A program made the position numbers and the translations under genes. A stretch of DNA of 64,000 nucleotides, taken from contig CAZOKZ010000001.1 in the NCBI GenBank assembly GCA_964580585.1, positions 23,261 through 87,260 of the forward strand, written 5' to 3'. The stretch comes from an uncultured Candidatus Sumerlaeota bacterium (GTDB taxonomy: Bacteria > Sumerlaeota > Sumerlaeia > SLMS01 > JAHLLQ01). The notes beneath the pieces were generated by a model, which saw only the letters and a list, made by a program, of their open reading frames with translations, was not told where the DNA came from and searched no databases. Positions 17,716-27,121 of the stretch are shown in pieces. Numbering within the stretch: position 1 is the first letter of the stretch; each line of letters begins with the position of its first letter.

Positions 17716-18548
17716 CCTTTTCTGCGATTAGCCTTTGCTTCTCGATAGACTGATAGCGATCGGTGAGCTCGATCAAACAACGTTTGGCTATTTTCGATCT
17801 TCACCCCGGCGGAATCTTCATAAACCGAGATGAAACGTCCCGCTAATTCAGGCGTAAATTCGTATCGCATGACAGAAAGAAACAGCTCGAACAGAGCTTC
17901 ATCGCGTTTGGCGTTGGTGATGGGCTTACCGATGCGCGTACCATCGAGATCGATCAGGCAAAAACGTTCACCGATGGCAGCGTTTTTTTCGATCGGAACA
18001 ACAGGATAAATATGATCGCTGCGGTAATCGTGGTGATATACCAACAATCCGTGTATCCATGCTGTATATTGCGCTACCTGGTCGAGCATTTCACCATCGG
18101 GCCCATTTCGATTCAACCAATGATCGAGTGGCTCCCAAGCAGGTGGCAAACCTCGCGTGACGATAAAAGTGGTTCCGTCCGGTGATTTCGCATACAAAAC
18201 CGGCTCGGGAGTCAAAACGCCCTTTTCCAACAACTCACGTCCGGCTTTCCATTCCCGCCAGGACTTTGATCCGCGAAAGAGGTTGGAAATCCGCTGGCGC
18301 AACAATCGTGGTTTCATCCGCTTGAAATACAGTTTTTCATCCTTGAAATTGGAAGCCAGCACTAACCGCGAGCGCCCGCGTTTAGCGAGCTCAATCCCGT
18401 CGGGGAGCGGTTTTTTGTCGCCTGCGTTCTGCCAGGGCAGGGATTCTGGGGCGAGGTCCTCGTAACCGTGAAGAACGTACCCTCGGAATTTTCCTCGATG
18501 CCATTCGCGAGGTTCGGGTTGAGGGCCAGTGATGGGTGGAAGATTCAT
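17712..18548 (-). CDS. Lipopolysaccharide kinase (Kdo/WaaP/InaA family)
   Basis: LYFKR, REW, GVLTPEPV, HHDY and LIDLD kinase-like motifs. Confidence 0.75.
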   Translation of the reverse strand: MNLPPITGPQPEPREWHRGKFRGYVLHGYEDLAPESLPWQNAGDKKPLPDGIELAKRGRSRLVLASNFKDEKLYFKRMKPRLLRQRISNLFRGSKSWREWKAGRELLEKGVLTPEPVLYAKSPDGTTFIVTRGLPPAWEPLDHWLNRNGPDGEMLDQVAQYTAWIHGLLVYHHDYRSDHIYPVVPIEKNAAIGERFCLIDLDGTRIGKPITNAKRDEALFELFLSVMRYEFTPELAGRFISVYEDSAGVKIENSQTLFDRAHRSLSVYREAKANRRKG

Positions 18549-18662
18549 ATCGGTGGCAAGAGAGAGTAAATTTTCTTCACTTTGGCGGAGAAGAGATTGC
18601 GACGCAAGCGCTGCTCGTCAATGTTTTCCGCCTTATCTGAATTTTAGCGAAATACTCGTCCG

Positions 18663-19388
18663 ATGAAAAACGATCCACGACAAGACCCAACCGATCCTGC
18701 CTGGCGTCCGCCGGTCGATGCGACTTTGCCCTTTCCTCCCGAGGGAGAAGTGGATCACCCGAATCTGAAGGAAGTGCTCTATACTCATCTGGAGCCGGGT
18801 AAAGTCGTTGTTGACGTGGGGTGTGGCACAGGGCCGTTCGAGTATCATCGCTATGCCGCGTCGTTCATTGCGTTCGACATGTTCGAGCCTGACAATCGTG
18901 AAGGCTTGGTAGAAGATCGCGATGAATTTCGTTTGGGCAAGTTGGAGACGTTTCCTATCGAAGATGCTTCGTGCGATGCCGTTATCCTGGGATTCATTCT
19001 GGAACACGTGCCGGACCCCGCGCGTTTCATGCGAGAAGCCGAACGTGTTTTGCGTCCCGGAGGATGGTGTTACGTGGCAGTACCGCATTACCGGTCGCTG
19101 GAAGACCGATTATTTCGTCTGGCAACAACCGTAGCGGGCAGTACACGCGGTCCGCACATTCAAAAGTTTACGTTTAAAAATTTCACCGAAATGGTGCACA
19201 ATGAAACCTCGTTGCGGTTAAGCAGTTGGCACTTGTTGCGTGCGTCGTTTTTGTTCATGATGCACCCGAAGTTGCGTCCCTTTCGACGCCCATTCATTCG
19301 CACGTTGCAAGTGTTGAAAAAAATCGGTCTGGATGGATTCCACGAAGCGAATTACCAATTTTTATTTCGCAAGGCATTAGACCCCTAG
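18663..19388 (+). CDS. Class I SAM-dependent methyltransferase
   Basis: VVDVGCGTG and LEHVPDP...ERVLRPGG. Confidence 0.85.
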   Translation: MKNDPRQDPTDPAWRPPVDATLPFPPEGEVDHPNLKEVLYTHLEPGKVVVDVGCGTGPFEYHRYAASFIAFDMFEPDNREGLVEDRDEFRLGKLETFPIEDASCDAVILGFILEHVPDPARFMREAERVLRPGGWCYVAVPHYRSLEDRLFRLATTVAGSTRGPHIQKFTFKNFTEMVHNETSLRLSSWHLLRASFLFMMHPKLRPFRRPFIRTLQVLKKIGLDGFHEANYQFLFRKALDP

Positions 19389-19405
19389 AATAATACAGGC
19401 AATTC

Positions 19406-20707
19406 ATGAACGACCCACATGCCAGCCTTCGTTTTCTGACCCCGCGCAATTTGCTCGGTGTGTGGGCGGGGCTTTGTTTGTATCTGGGGATCTATTGGCG
19501 AAATCCTCAGTTGTTGTTTATTGGCACAGCGTCGTTCCTCGCACTGCTCTCCAGTATCTGGCAAGCATCACGGATGCTCCGTGACGTACGCATTGCGCGC
19601 CACCACACAGCACGCGCCTTCGAGGGCCAGTTCGTACACGTATCGCTTGAATTGGAATCGAAATCGAAGGCTCGCGAGCACTTGGTGATGTTGGAAGATT
19701 ACTTTCCACCGGGCGAAGCACTGCGCGTGAAGCACCTGATTCGTGACTCGTTTACGCGTGGAGAGCGCATAAACGTCGAGTATCTGGGCGAGATCGTCCA
19801 CCGACGCGGATTGTACACGCTCGGACCGGTGCGTCTCGAAGCCTACGATCCGATGGGGATAATCAAACGGAAACTGAAGATCGAAACGTTTACCTCGTTG
19901 TTGGTCTATCCATCTGCCGTTGATTTGCATATGACCGAATTGTTGGGCGATGGAACATTGGCGCATGTGGGTATTGAAACAACGCGACGTCCTGGAAGAA
20001 GTACCGAATATACCGGCTTACGTCAGTATCGCATTGGCGACAGCCCGAACACCATCCATTGGCGTTCGACAGCACGTGTCGGGCATTTGATGGTAAAAGA
20101 ATTTCAGGAAGACATGATGACGCATGTGTCGATCTTTATCGATATTGGGCGATTGGGACTAACCGGACTCGGCGATCAGACATCGATCGAGTACGCCATC
20201 AAGGCCGCTGCCAGTTTAGCCAAACGCGCCATCGAAAACGCCCATTATGTGCAAGTATTCGCGGTAGGGACGGAGATCGAGCATATTCCCCTCGGGTCCG
20301 GAAGCCGCCATTTGCTGATGATTCTCGACCGGCTGGCATTTTTGAAGGCTCAAGGCGATTCCGTCTTTCCGGAAACGGTGCTGCACTACACGCCGTTGCT
20401 TAAACCCGGAGGAACAGTGATTCTCGTTCTCAGTTTAACGACGCTTTCCATCGATACCATCGAACCTTTGATCGCGGCGTTGCTTTATCGGCGTTTATTA
20501 CCCGTTGTGGTGTTGATCGACGACCGCGCGTTCATCAAACTTTACCGCGAACAGGAAACGAGTCATAGTGAAGGATTGAGTATCGAAGACGCCGTGAAAT
20601 ATCTGACAGCTCAGGGAGTTCGCGTTCACCTGGTGACAAAAGCCAAGTCTCCGAAACAGGCTCTATTACAGGGTCTGGAAAGGAGTTGCCTCGCTGATGA
20701 ATATTGA
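19406..20707 (+). CDS. DUF58 (vWA-like) protein
   Basis: RRGLY.LGPV, DPMG and EYTGLRQYRIGD...IHWRSTAR...LMVKEF. Confidence 0.85.
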   Translation: MNDPHASLRFLTPRNLLGVWAGLCLYLGIYWRNPQLLFIGTASFLALLSSIWQASRMLRDVRIARHHTARAFEGQFVHVSLELESKSKAREHLVMLEDYFPPGEALRVKHLIRDSFTRGERINVEYLGEIVHRRGLYTLGPVRLEAYDPMGIIKRKLKIETFTSLLVYPSAVDLHMTELLGDGTLAHVGIETTRRPGRSTEYTGLRQYRIGDSPNTIHWRSTARVGHLMVKEFQEDMMTHVSIFIDIGRLGLTGLGDQTSIEYAIKAAASLAKRAIENAHYVQVFAVGTEIEHIPLGSGSRHLLMILDRLAFLKAQGDSVFPETVLHYTPLLKPGGTVILVLSLTTLSIDTIEPLIAALLYRRLLPVVVLIDDRAFIKLYREQETSHSEGLSIEDAVKYLTAQGVRVHLVTKAKSPKQALLQGLERSCLADEY

Positions 20708-21920
20708 ACTGGACGAGGAACAACCATCGCGTAAGACGGTACGGTTTACCGCGTCGCAATGTGACCTTGTGCACCGCCTGGTCGTGGCGTTGATGTGTTA
20801 TTGTGCGCTATCGATTGCATTCTGGGAATCTGGCGGATGGATGCATCCTGCGGTATATTTTTTCCTCACGTTATGTATCGGTGGATTGTACGTTGGACGT
20901 AAATTGGGTATGCTGATGGTGGAGTTTTTCGCCCCCTTTCAGTACCGTGAAAAGTTTGCCCTGTTCCTGGGTCATCTGGTGCTGATGGGAATACCCTGGT
21001 ATCTGGGATTCAAAGGTTGGAACTATATCTGGAGCGTGTTACTGGCACTGCAATGCGGGCAAACGATCAACCGTGTTGTTTTTGGACGATTGTATGCCGT
21101 TTCCTTCCTTCTTCTATTCGGCCCTCTTTGTTCTGGAATCCAGCCGCCGTTTGTTTTCGTGACGAGTTGGATGTTGTTTTTGTTGCTGGCAATGCGTTTG
21201 AAGTTTTTAAATTTCCGTCTGTTGGAAAGCCGACATCCAGGTCGTTCTCTGGCATTTTGGGAGAGTATCCGTTTCACAATCCCCTCTGTCTTTTTGCCAT
21301 GGACCGCCGCGGTAGCTTTGTACTTCTGGTTCGCAGTGCTATTGCAGGGAAAACTGCGCGTTCCTCAATTCGATGAAGGTGTTTGGGGCAAAAATGCGCG
21401 CATGGGTCCCGTGGAATACAGCGATCTTATCTGGGATGCGGTTTTCATCATGGCAATCATCATCGGTCTGCTCGTGTTGATGTACTGGATCGAGCACCAG
21501 TTGCAAAAACTCCGGTCGGCGGAAGGCACCGAAATCGAAGATATGTACGCAACACATGAAGGCCGCGATGAGGTATCCGGTTCGGAGCCCAAACCGTTGG
21601 AAGAACCTTTTGGCGACGATGCGCGTGGACGAATTTTAGCCCGATTCCGTGCTTATTATCGGCAACTGGGACAAACCGGTTGGGGGCGTCGCTCAGATGA
21701 AACCGTTTGGGAATATTTGAACCGCTTGGCAACAGAGTTATTGCACAACGAACCGATACCTTCGACAATGGGACCGCTGTTCGACCGCGCGTGTTATTCT
21801 TCCGAAGCGATCAGCAACGAAGAAGCGGAGAAATTTTTGCGCGCGGCGGATGAATCGGAACGGCAAATGATGTCTGCCGTGGAAAGTAAACGCGCCGAAA
21901 AGGCAAACGAGCCGAAGTAA
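20697..21920 (+). CDS. Multi-TM protein with C-terminal DUF4129-like domain
   Basis: Several TM helices and C-terminal GWGRRSDETVWEYL...LFDRACYS. Overlaps the DUF58 gene. Confidence 0.65.
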   Translation: MNIELDEEQPSRKTVRFTASQCDLVHRLVVALMCYCALSIAFWESGGWMHPAVYFFLTLCIGGLYVGRKLGMLMVEFFAPFQYREKFALFLGHLVLMGIPWYLGFKGWNYIWSVLLALQCGQTINRVVFGRLYAVSFLLLFGPLCSGIQPPFVFVTSWMLFLLLAMRLKFLNFRLLESRHPGRSLAFWESIRFTIPSVFLPWTAAVALYFWFAVLLQGKLRVPQFDEGVWGKNARMGPVEYSDLIWDAVFIMAIIIGLLVLMYWIEHQLQKLRSAEGTEIEDMYATHEGRDEVSGSEPKPLEEPFGDDARGRILARFRAYYRQLGQTGWGRRSDETVWEYLNRLATELLHNEPIPSTMGPLFDRACYSSEAISNEEAEKFLRAADESERQMMSAVESKRAEKANEPK

Positions 21921-22735
21921 TGACCCCAGAATCTCCGAATACCGTTTCCACTCCTCCAGAGCAAAATTCCAACTCCTGGGAATTAATGCATGGCGATTGT
22001 TTCGATATCGCACCGAGACTTCAGCCGGAAAGCTTTTCGCTGATCTATCTGGACCCTCCATTTTTTACGGGGAAAGTCCACTCTTCACCGGAAAAAACGA
22101 ACAATGGCTTTCGAGATGTCTGGCAAAACGATATCGTCGATTTCACCGATTACCTGGGAGCGCGGATCGAACGTCTGATCCCCCTTCTAACGCCGACGGG
22201 GTCCATGTTACTTCATCTGGATTGGCATGCGGTACATTATTTGAAGGTCCGGTGCGACAAACTCTTCGGAATGCAGAATTTCCAAAATGAAATCATCTGG
22301 GCATACCGGTCGGGTGGCGGAACAAAGAAACGATACGGCCGTAAACACGACACGATTTTGTGGTACAGTAAGGGGAAAAAGTTTTGCTTCAACACAGACG
22401 AAGCCCGCGTGCCGTACGATGCAACCATTGCCGCCAAACGCGCGCACCTGTTCCATGAAAATGGCAAGGTCGCGGGGGACGTGCTCGATATTTCGCGTCC
22501 TCCGAATCATGCGCGGGAGTGGACGGGCTGGCCGACACAAAAACCCATGGCGTTGCTCGATTGGCTGACTCGCGTCCACAGCAAGCCGGGCGATTTGGTG
22601 GGAGATTTTTTCTGTGGCAGCGGCACGACTCTGGTAGCCGCCACAAATCTTGGCCGCCGCGCATTGGGTTGCGATATGAGCCTGGATGCGTTGGAAATCG
22701 CCAACAGCCGATTACGGCAATCAAAATTGGACTAA
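21920..22735 (+). CDS. Orphan N6-adenine/N4-cytosine DNA methyltransferase (beta-class motif order)
   Basis: LIYLDPPF catalytic motif precedes PTQKP and DFFCGSGTT SAM motif. No restriction endonuclease adjacent. Confidence 0.88.
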   Translation: MTPESPNTVSTPPEQNSNSWELMHGDCFDIAPRLQPESFSLIYLDPPFFTGKVHSSPEKTNNGFRDVWQNDIVDFTDYLGARIERLIPLLTPTGSMLLHLDWHAVHYLKVRCDKLFGMQNFQNEIIWAYRSGGGTKKRYGRKHDTILWYSKGKKFCFNTDEARVPYDATIAAKRAHLFHENGKVAGDVLDISRPPNHAREWTGWPTQKPMALLDWLTRVHSKPGDLVGDFFCGSGTTLVAATNLGRRALGCDMSLDALEIANSRLRQSKLD

Positions 22736-22890
22736 GGAAATCTCTCACAAGTTCATTCCACGGGTTGACCCGCAACCCTGACACCCGTCAGAAGAAGCCG
22801 CGCGCGACGATCAGCTTGGAAGGCTGTACCTCGACGAGTTGACTTTCCGCGTCTCTAAAATTCGATCAAGTTTCCTGGAACCGTTCTGCC

Positions 22891-24105
22891 ATGGATGAAA
22901 ATAAACCTAAAAAAACCGGATTTTTCAGCCGTCTTTTTACCGTGACGCACGCCGAGACTCCTCCGGAAACCGATGAGTCGGCAGTACTGACACCTGAGGA
23001 CGAGGCCTCCGAATCGCTTGAGGTTGCCGAAACCGTACCTGTCGCTCTCGACACCGAGAAAAAGCCGGGAGTGCTCAAGCGGTGGTTTGGCAAAAAAGAA
23101 ACCCCCGCCGAGGGCGAAATCGAAGTCGCTCCTGAGCCTGAAGCCGCTCATGAACCACCTGCCGAGCCGAAGAAGTCCTGGTTTCGGCGCCTAACCGAAC
23201 GACTAGGAAAAACGCGCCAGAACCTGATCGACAGCGTGCGTGCCGTGCTTGGCATGTCGGGCAAGCTGGACGAAGAAACGATCGAGGAAATCGAGGCGAT
23301 TTTGCTCCAGAGCGACGTTGCCATGCCCACAACGGTGAAAATTATCGATCGGATGAAGGCTGAACTACGCAAGCGCGGCAAAGAAGAAGGCGCGGAGTTG
23401 TTACTGGAGTTGTTCAAGGATTCAATCCGCGATATTCTTGCCAACGCAGCGCCGGGTTTTGAGCCCAAACCTCCTGCCGATGGCGGTCCATACGTCGTCA
23501 TGGTGGTTGGCGTAAACGGTGTGGGGAAAACAACGACAATCGCCAAGATGGCCAAGCGCTGCACCGACGCGGGGTTGAAAACAATGCTCGTTGCGGGAGA
23601 CACGTTCCGTGCCGCAGCGGTGGAGCAACTCGAAATCTGGTCGCAACGCACGGGTTGCGATTTTGCCAAGTCACCGCCGAATTCCGACGCCGCTGCATTG
23701 TGCTACGACGCGCTCCAAAAAGCCAAAGCACGTGGGTCGCAGGTGGTCTTTATCGATACAGCTGGGCGTTTGCACACCAAATCGAGCCTGATGGACGAAC
23801 TCGGCAAGATGGAACGCGTGATCCAGAAACAAATTCCCGACGCGCCGCACGAAACGCTGCTGGTGCTCGACGCCACGACGGGCCAGAACGCCATTCAGCA
23901 GGTGAAAATTTTTTCCGAGTCGGTGAAAATCAACGGCTTGATCATGACGAAGCTCGATGGCACAGCCAAAGGCGGCGTGCTTCTCAGCATCCTCGACATG
24001 CACCGCATTCCGATTACGTTGATTGGTGTGGGAGAAGGCGCCGACGACTTGCGCGACTTCGATTCTGAACAATTCGCACATGCGTTGTTTGGTGAGAGCG
24101 AGTAA
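22891..24105 (+). CDS. ftsY: Signal recognition particle receptor FtsY
   Basis: Acidic N-terminal region; [30 protein letters not shown] and [10 protein letters not shown]. Confidence 0.96.
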   Translation: MDENKPKKTGFFSRLFTVTHAETPPETDESAVLTPEDEASESLEVAETVPVALDTEKKPGVLKRWFGKKETPAEGEIEVAPEPEAAHEPPAEPKKSWFRRLTERLGKTRQNLIDSVRAVLGMSGKLDEETIEEIEAILLQSDVAMPTTVKIIDRMKAELRKRGKEEGAELLLELFKDSIRDILANAAPGFEPKPPADGGPYVVMVVGVNGVGKTTTIAKMAKRCTDAGLKTMLVAGDTFRAAAVEQLEIWSQRTGCDFAKSPPNSDAAALCYDALQKAKARGSQVVFIDTAGRLHTKSSLMDELGKMERVIQKQIPDAPHETLLVLDATTGQNAIQQVKIFSESVKINGLIMTKLDGTAKGGVLLSILDMHRIPITLIGVGEGADDLRDFDSEQFAHALFGESE

Positions 24106-24112
24106 AAAGAAA

Positions 24113-24219
24113 ACCACGAAGCCACAAAGGCACGAAGGAACACAAAGAAAAGCATGAAAAATAAAAGGGACGGAAGAATGTACCACCGTCCCATCCTGTT
24201 TATCCTGTCAATCCTGTCT
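24113..24219. repeat. Composite short-repeat element: CACRAAG x4, hairpin, 9-bp ATCCTGTYW x3
   Basis: cacgaag/cacaaag units at 24115-24147; GGGACGG/CCGTCCC stem at 24167-24192; atcctgttt-atcctgtca-atcctgtct at 24193-24219. Confidence 0.7.
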
Positions 24220-24247
24220 AATTTTCCAATAACTTTGCGTTAAGCAA

Positions 24248-24868
24248 TTACCGCCAGCGCAATCCTTCGCGCACCAAATCCGCTGTCGGGGCGTCTTCGC
24301 CGATGGATTCCACCGCCGAGCGAATGGCCTTTTCTGCCGTGGCGGGCTTGCAACCGAGCGCCATCAGGCCCTGAACCGCGTCGGCGATGTTTTCTTTCTG
24401 GGGCAATCCGGCGGGCGCGGCAGGGGAGGACGGCTTGCCGACGCTGCCCGCGCTGACAAACGGCACCATCTTTTCGCGCAATTCGACGATCAAGCGCTCG
24501 GCGGTCTTTTTGCCGACGCCCTTGATTTTCGACACATAGTTCAAGTCTTGCTGCACGATGGCATTGGCAAAGGCGCCAATTTCGATCTGCGAGAGAATCC
24601 CCAGCGCCTTGCGTGGGCCGATGCCGCTCATCGACAGCAGCACGTCGAAGCAATCGCGCTCCATCGTTGTCGCGAAGCCAAAGAGCGAGAATGTGCCGTC
24701 GTTGGCGTTGAACGAAAGGCGCGTCATCAGCGTGGCGGCTTCGCCTCTCGCGGGCAGAATCGACGCCGTACTGCCGGGAATTTCCACCTGAAAGCGCAAG
24801 CCGTTGACGTCGATTACGGCAAAATCGTCTTCGAAGTCGAGAAGCGTACCATGGAGCGAATGAAACAT
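24248..24868 (-). CDS. ruvA: Holliday junction branch migration protein RuvA
   Basis: LFGF, SGIGPRKAL, IKGVGKKTAERLIVELREK and C-terminal domain III (AVQGLMALG). Confidence 0.93.
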   Translation of the reverse strand: MFHSLHGTLLDFEDDFAVIDVNGLRFQVEIPGSTASILPARGEAATLMTRLSFNANDGTFSLFGFATTMERDCFDVLLSMSGIGPRKALGILSQIEIGAFANAIVQQDLNYVSKIKGVGKKTAERLIVELREKMVPFVSAGSVGKPSSPAAPAGLPQKENIADAVQGLMALGCKPATAEKAIRSAVESIGEDAPTADLVREGLRWR

Positions 24869-25105
24869 GAGCGAGGTATCCTGTTGGGGCGAAAGTCAGA
24901 CGAAAGCACCGTCCAAAACCATGCCGAATGGCGTCAAGACACTTTGACGCCGTCGGGTGGATGAATTATTTAAAGATGAAAGGAACATCTGCGACCAACG
25001 TGGCTTCGATGTTTTTCAGAAAAAAAATCCATCTCCTGCAATTTTATTCCGCCGGTGCACTTGTGTCTGGTGAAGGAGCAATTTTCACGGAAGGACAGAC
25101 GAAGG

Positions 25106-26914
25106 ATGCTCTCTCGCAACAGTGAACGCTCGGACATCGATTTGGTGCGCGCCGCGCAGGGTGGCGACGACAAGGCCTACACGCAACTGGTCGATCGGCA
25201 TTTCGGTCTCGTGTACTCGATTGCATATGCCCGCATGAGCAATCGCGAGGCTGCCGAGGACTTGGCGCAGGAGGTTTTTCTCCAGGTGTTTCTGCACGTC
25301 AAGCAACTCGACACGCGGCGGAAGGTGAATTTCCCCGCCTGGGTGGCGCGTATTACGCGGAATCTGGCGTTTCACTGGCAGCGAAAAAACCAACGCCGTT
25401 CGGAGCTGGTTCCCATGGTGCCACTGGACAAGGATTCGATGCAGGTTTCCGACCACGAGACGGACCATTCACGCGACCGGATGATCGCGGCGGAACAACG
25501 CCGCGCCGTCGAGCGCGCGGTGCTGGATTTACCCGCCGATCAACGCGAAATGGTGGTGCTGCATTACACCGAGAAGTTGAGTAAAAAGCAGATTGCTCAA
25601 CGCCTCGGTATGCATCCTTCGACGGTGGGCCGCCAGATCGACCGCGCGGTTTCGAGCATGAAGGGACTGGTTCAAACGTCGCTCGAAAGCACGGCGCCGA
25701 CGTTGGCGGCTTCGGCCAAGGCACCGGTGTATGCGGCGGGGTTGATTTCTGCCGTGGCGGCCATGAACGAAGCGGCGCGCGCCAATTTGCTCGCCTCGCC
25801 AACGTTCACGTCGGCGGCTGCCCAAGCGTTCGAGACCACGAGAAATGTATCCCGTCTGTCCACCTTTGTGAAATGGCTCCTCCCAATTATCCTTTATGGA
25901 GGAACGACCATGAGTACGGCAAAAATTGTTGGTGGAATCAGTGCAGCAGTAGGTGTTTTGGTATTATCGGGAGTGGGGTACCAGTATTACGAATCGACGA
26001 AAAAAACCACCAAGTTAACCGAGATGAGTTCAGCCGTGGTGACGTCGTCGGGCGAAGTGAATGAAACCAACCCGGAAATTCGACTTTGGGTGGACTTAAC
26101 TCCCGGCAAAACATGGAAAAGCGAAACGCAAGTTGAAACAACCAGTGACGTAGAGGTGAGTTTGAAACCAGGTATTATCAAGTCGCAAACCGTCGTCAGA
26201 ACGCAAATGGCTCACCGCACGTTGCCGCCGAATCAACAAGGACAAGCGCAGGTTGAAAACCTTGTCAGTGGTATGCAAATGACGGCCGTAGTGGATGGCA
26301 AACAAGTCGATCCCAAGGAAACGGGAATGGATATCGGCAGGGCGATGGCGGGTACAAAGACCATCGATGTGATGGACAATTTTGGACGTATTGTTACATC
26401 CGTTGAAGATGACGAAACGAAAAAAGATAATATCATGACGAACCCGGCGGTTCTAGCGTTGGGAAACATCGACAGAATCGCCATGGGGGAACTGCCTGAA
26501 AAATCCGTTCGGGTGGGCGATACATGGACTCGCGTCATCAGCGCTCCTGATTTCGTCCAATTCCAGTCACGCTACGAATGCAAGTTCGACAGAATCGAAG
26601 AAACTCCCCAAGGAAGAGTTGCTGTGATTACGCGTCGCTCGGTCGTGGATTTGGATAAACCAACGCCGCTTGGGAAAATTCCGATTCCAGAAGCAGGAAC
26701 CGAAGCTGATATGACGTTTCTATCGATGACAGGTGAAACGCGCCATATTTCACGATTGCTGATCGATGAAGGCGAATGGCTGAATCACTTTGCGACAACG
26801 AGTTTCGACCTCACAACGCGAATGGACTTAACTGTTCAGGGCAAACCCATATCGATTGATATGAAAACCAGTGGCTCCGAAACACGTACAACCGAAATGA
26901 AGTACGGAGTGTAA
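25106..26914 (+). CDS. ECF sigma-70 factor fused via a TM helix to a DUF6263-like extracytoplasmic domain
   Basis: Sigma2 (AEDLAQEVFL, FPAWVARITRN) and sigma4 (LPADQREMVVLHY...QIAQRLGM..STV), Ala-rich linker, TM helix, and a beta-rich domain containing LPEKSVRVGDTW. Confidence 0.8.
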   Translation: MLSRNSERSDIDLVRAAQGGDDKAYTQLVDRHFGLVYSIAYARMSNREAAEDLAQEVFLQVFLHVKQLDTRRKVNFPAWVARITRNLAFHWQRKNQRRSELVPMVPLDKDSMQVSDHETDHSRDRMIAAEQRRAVERAVLDLPADQREMVVLHYTEKLSKKQIAQRLGMHPSTVGRQIDRAVSSMKGLVQTSLESTAPTLAASAKAPVYAAGLISAVAAMNEAARANLLASPTFTSAAAQAFETTRNVSRLSTFVKWLLPIILYGGTTMSTAKIVGGISAAVGVLVLSGVGYQYYESTKKTTKLTEMSSAVVTSSGEVNETNPEIRLWVDLTPGKTWKSETQVETTSDVEVSLKPGIIKSQTVVRTQMAHRTLPPNQQGQAQVENLVSGMQMTAVVDGKQVDPKETGMDIGRAMAGTKTIDVMDNFGRIVTSVEDDETKKDNIMTNPAVLALGNIDRIAMGELPEKSVRVGDTWTRVISAPDFVQFQSRYECKFDRIEETPQGRVAVITRRSVVDLDKPTPLGKIPIPEAGTEADMTFLSMTGETRHISRLLIDEGEWLNHFATTSFDLTTRMDLTVQGKPISIDMKTSGSETRTTEMKYGV

Positions 26915-27121
26915 CAAGAACAGTAAACCGACTATCCGAAAATATAAAACCGCGCTTGAATTCACCAAATACACACAGATTCATGAATAACAGGTTGCAC
27001 ACTTTGTATCGCAAGAAGCTACGATTGTGCGGGTGAGCAATGGAGCGAAACACAGAGCATGAACATTCGCGAATCGACGTAAAATGGCCTTCCGCCAATT
27101 ATTTTTCATGGGAGAACGACC

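Noticed and set aside
21920-22735. Complete restriction-modification or defence island
   Set aside because: No endonuclease, specificity subunit or other defence genes are adjacent; neighbours are housekeeping genes.
22736-22890. SRP RNA upstream of ftsY
   Set aside because: The conserved helix-8 motif (CAGG...GGAA...AGCAG) is absent.
24113-24219. CRISPR array
   Set aside because: Units are 7-9 nt with no unique spacers, and there are no cas genes in the window.
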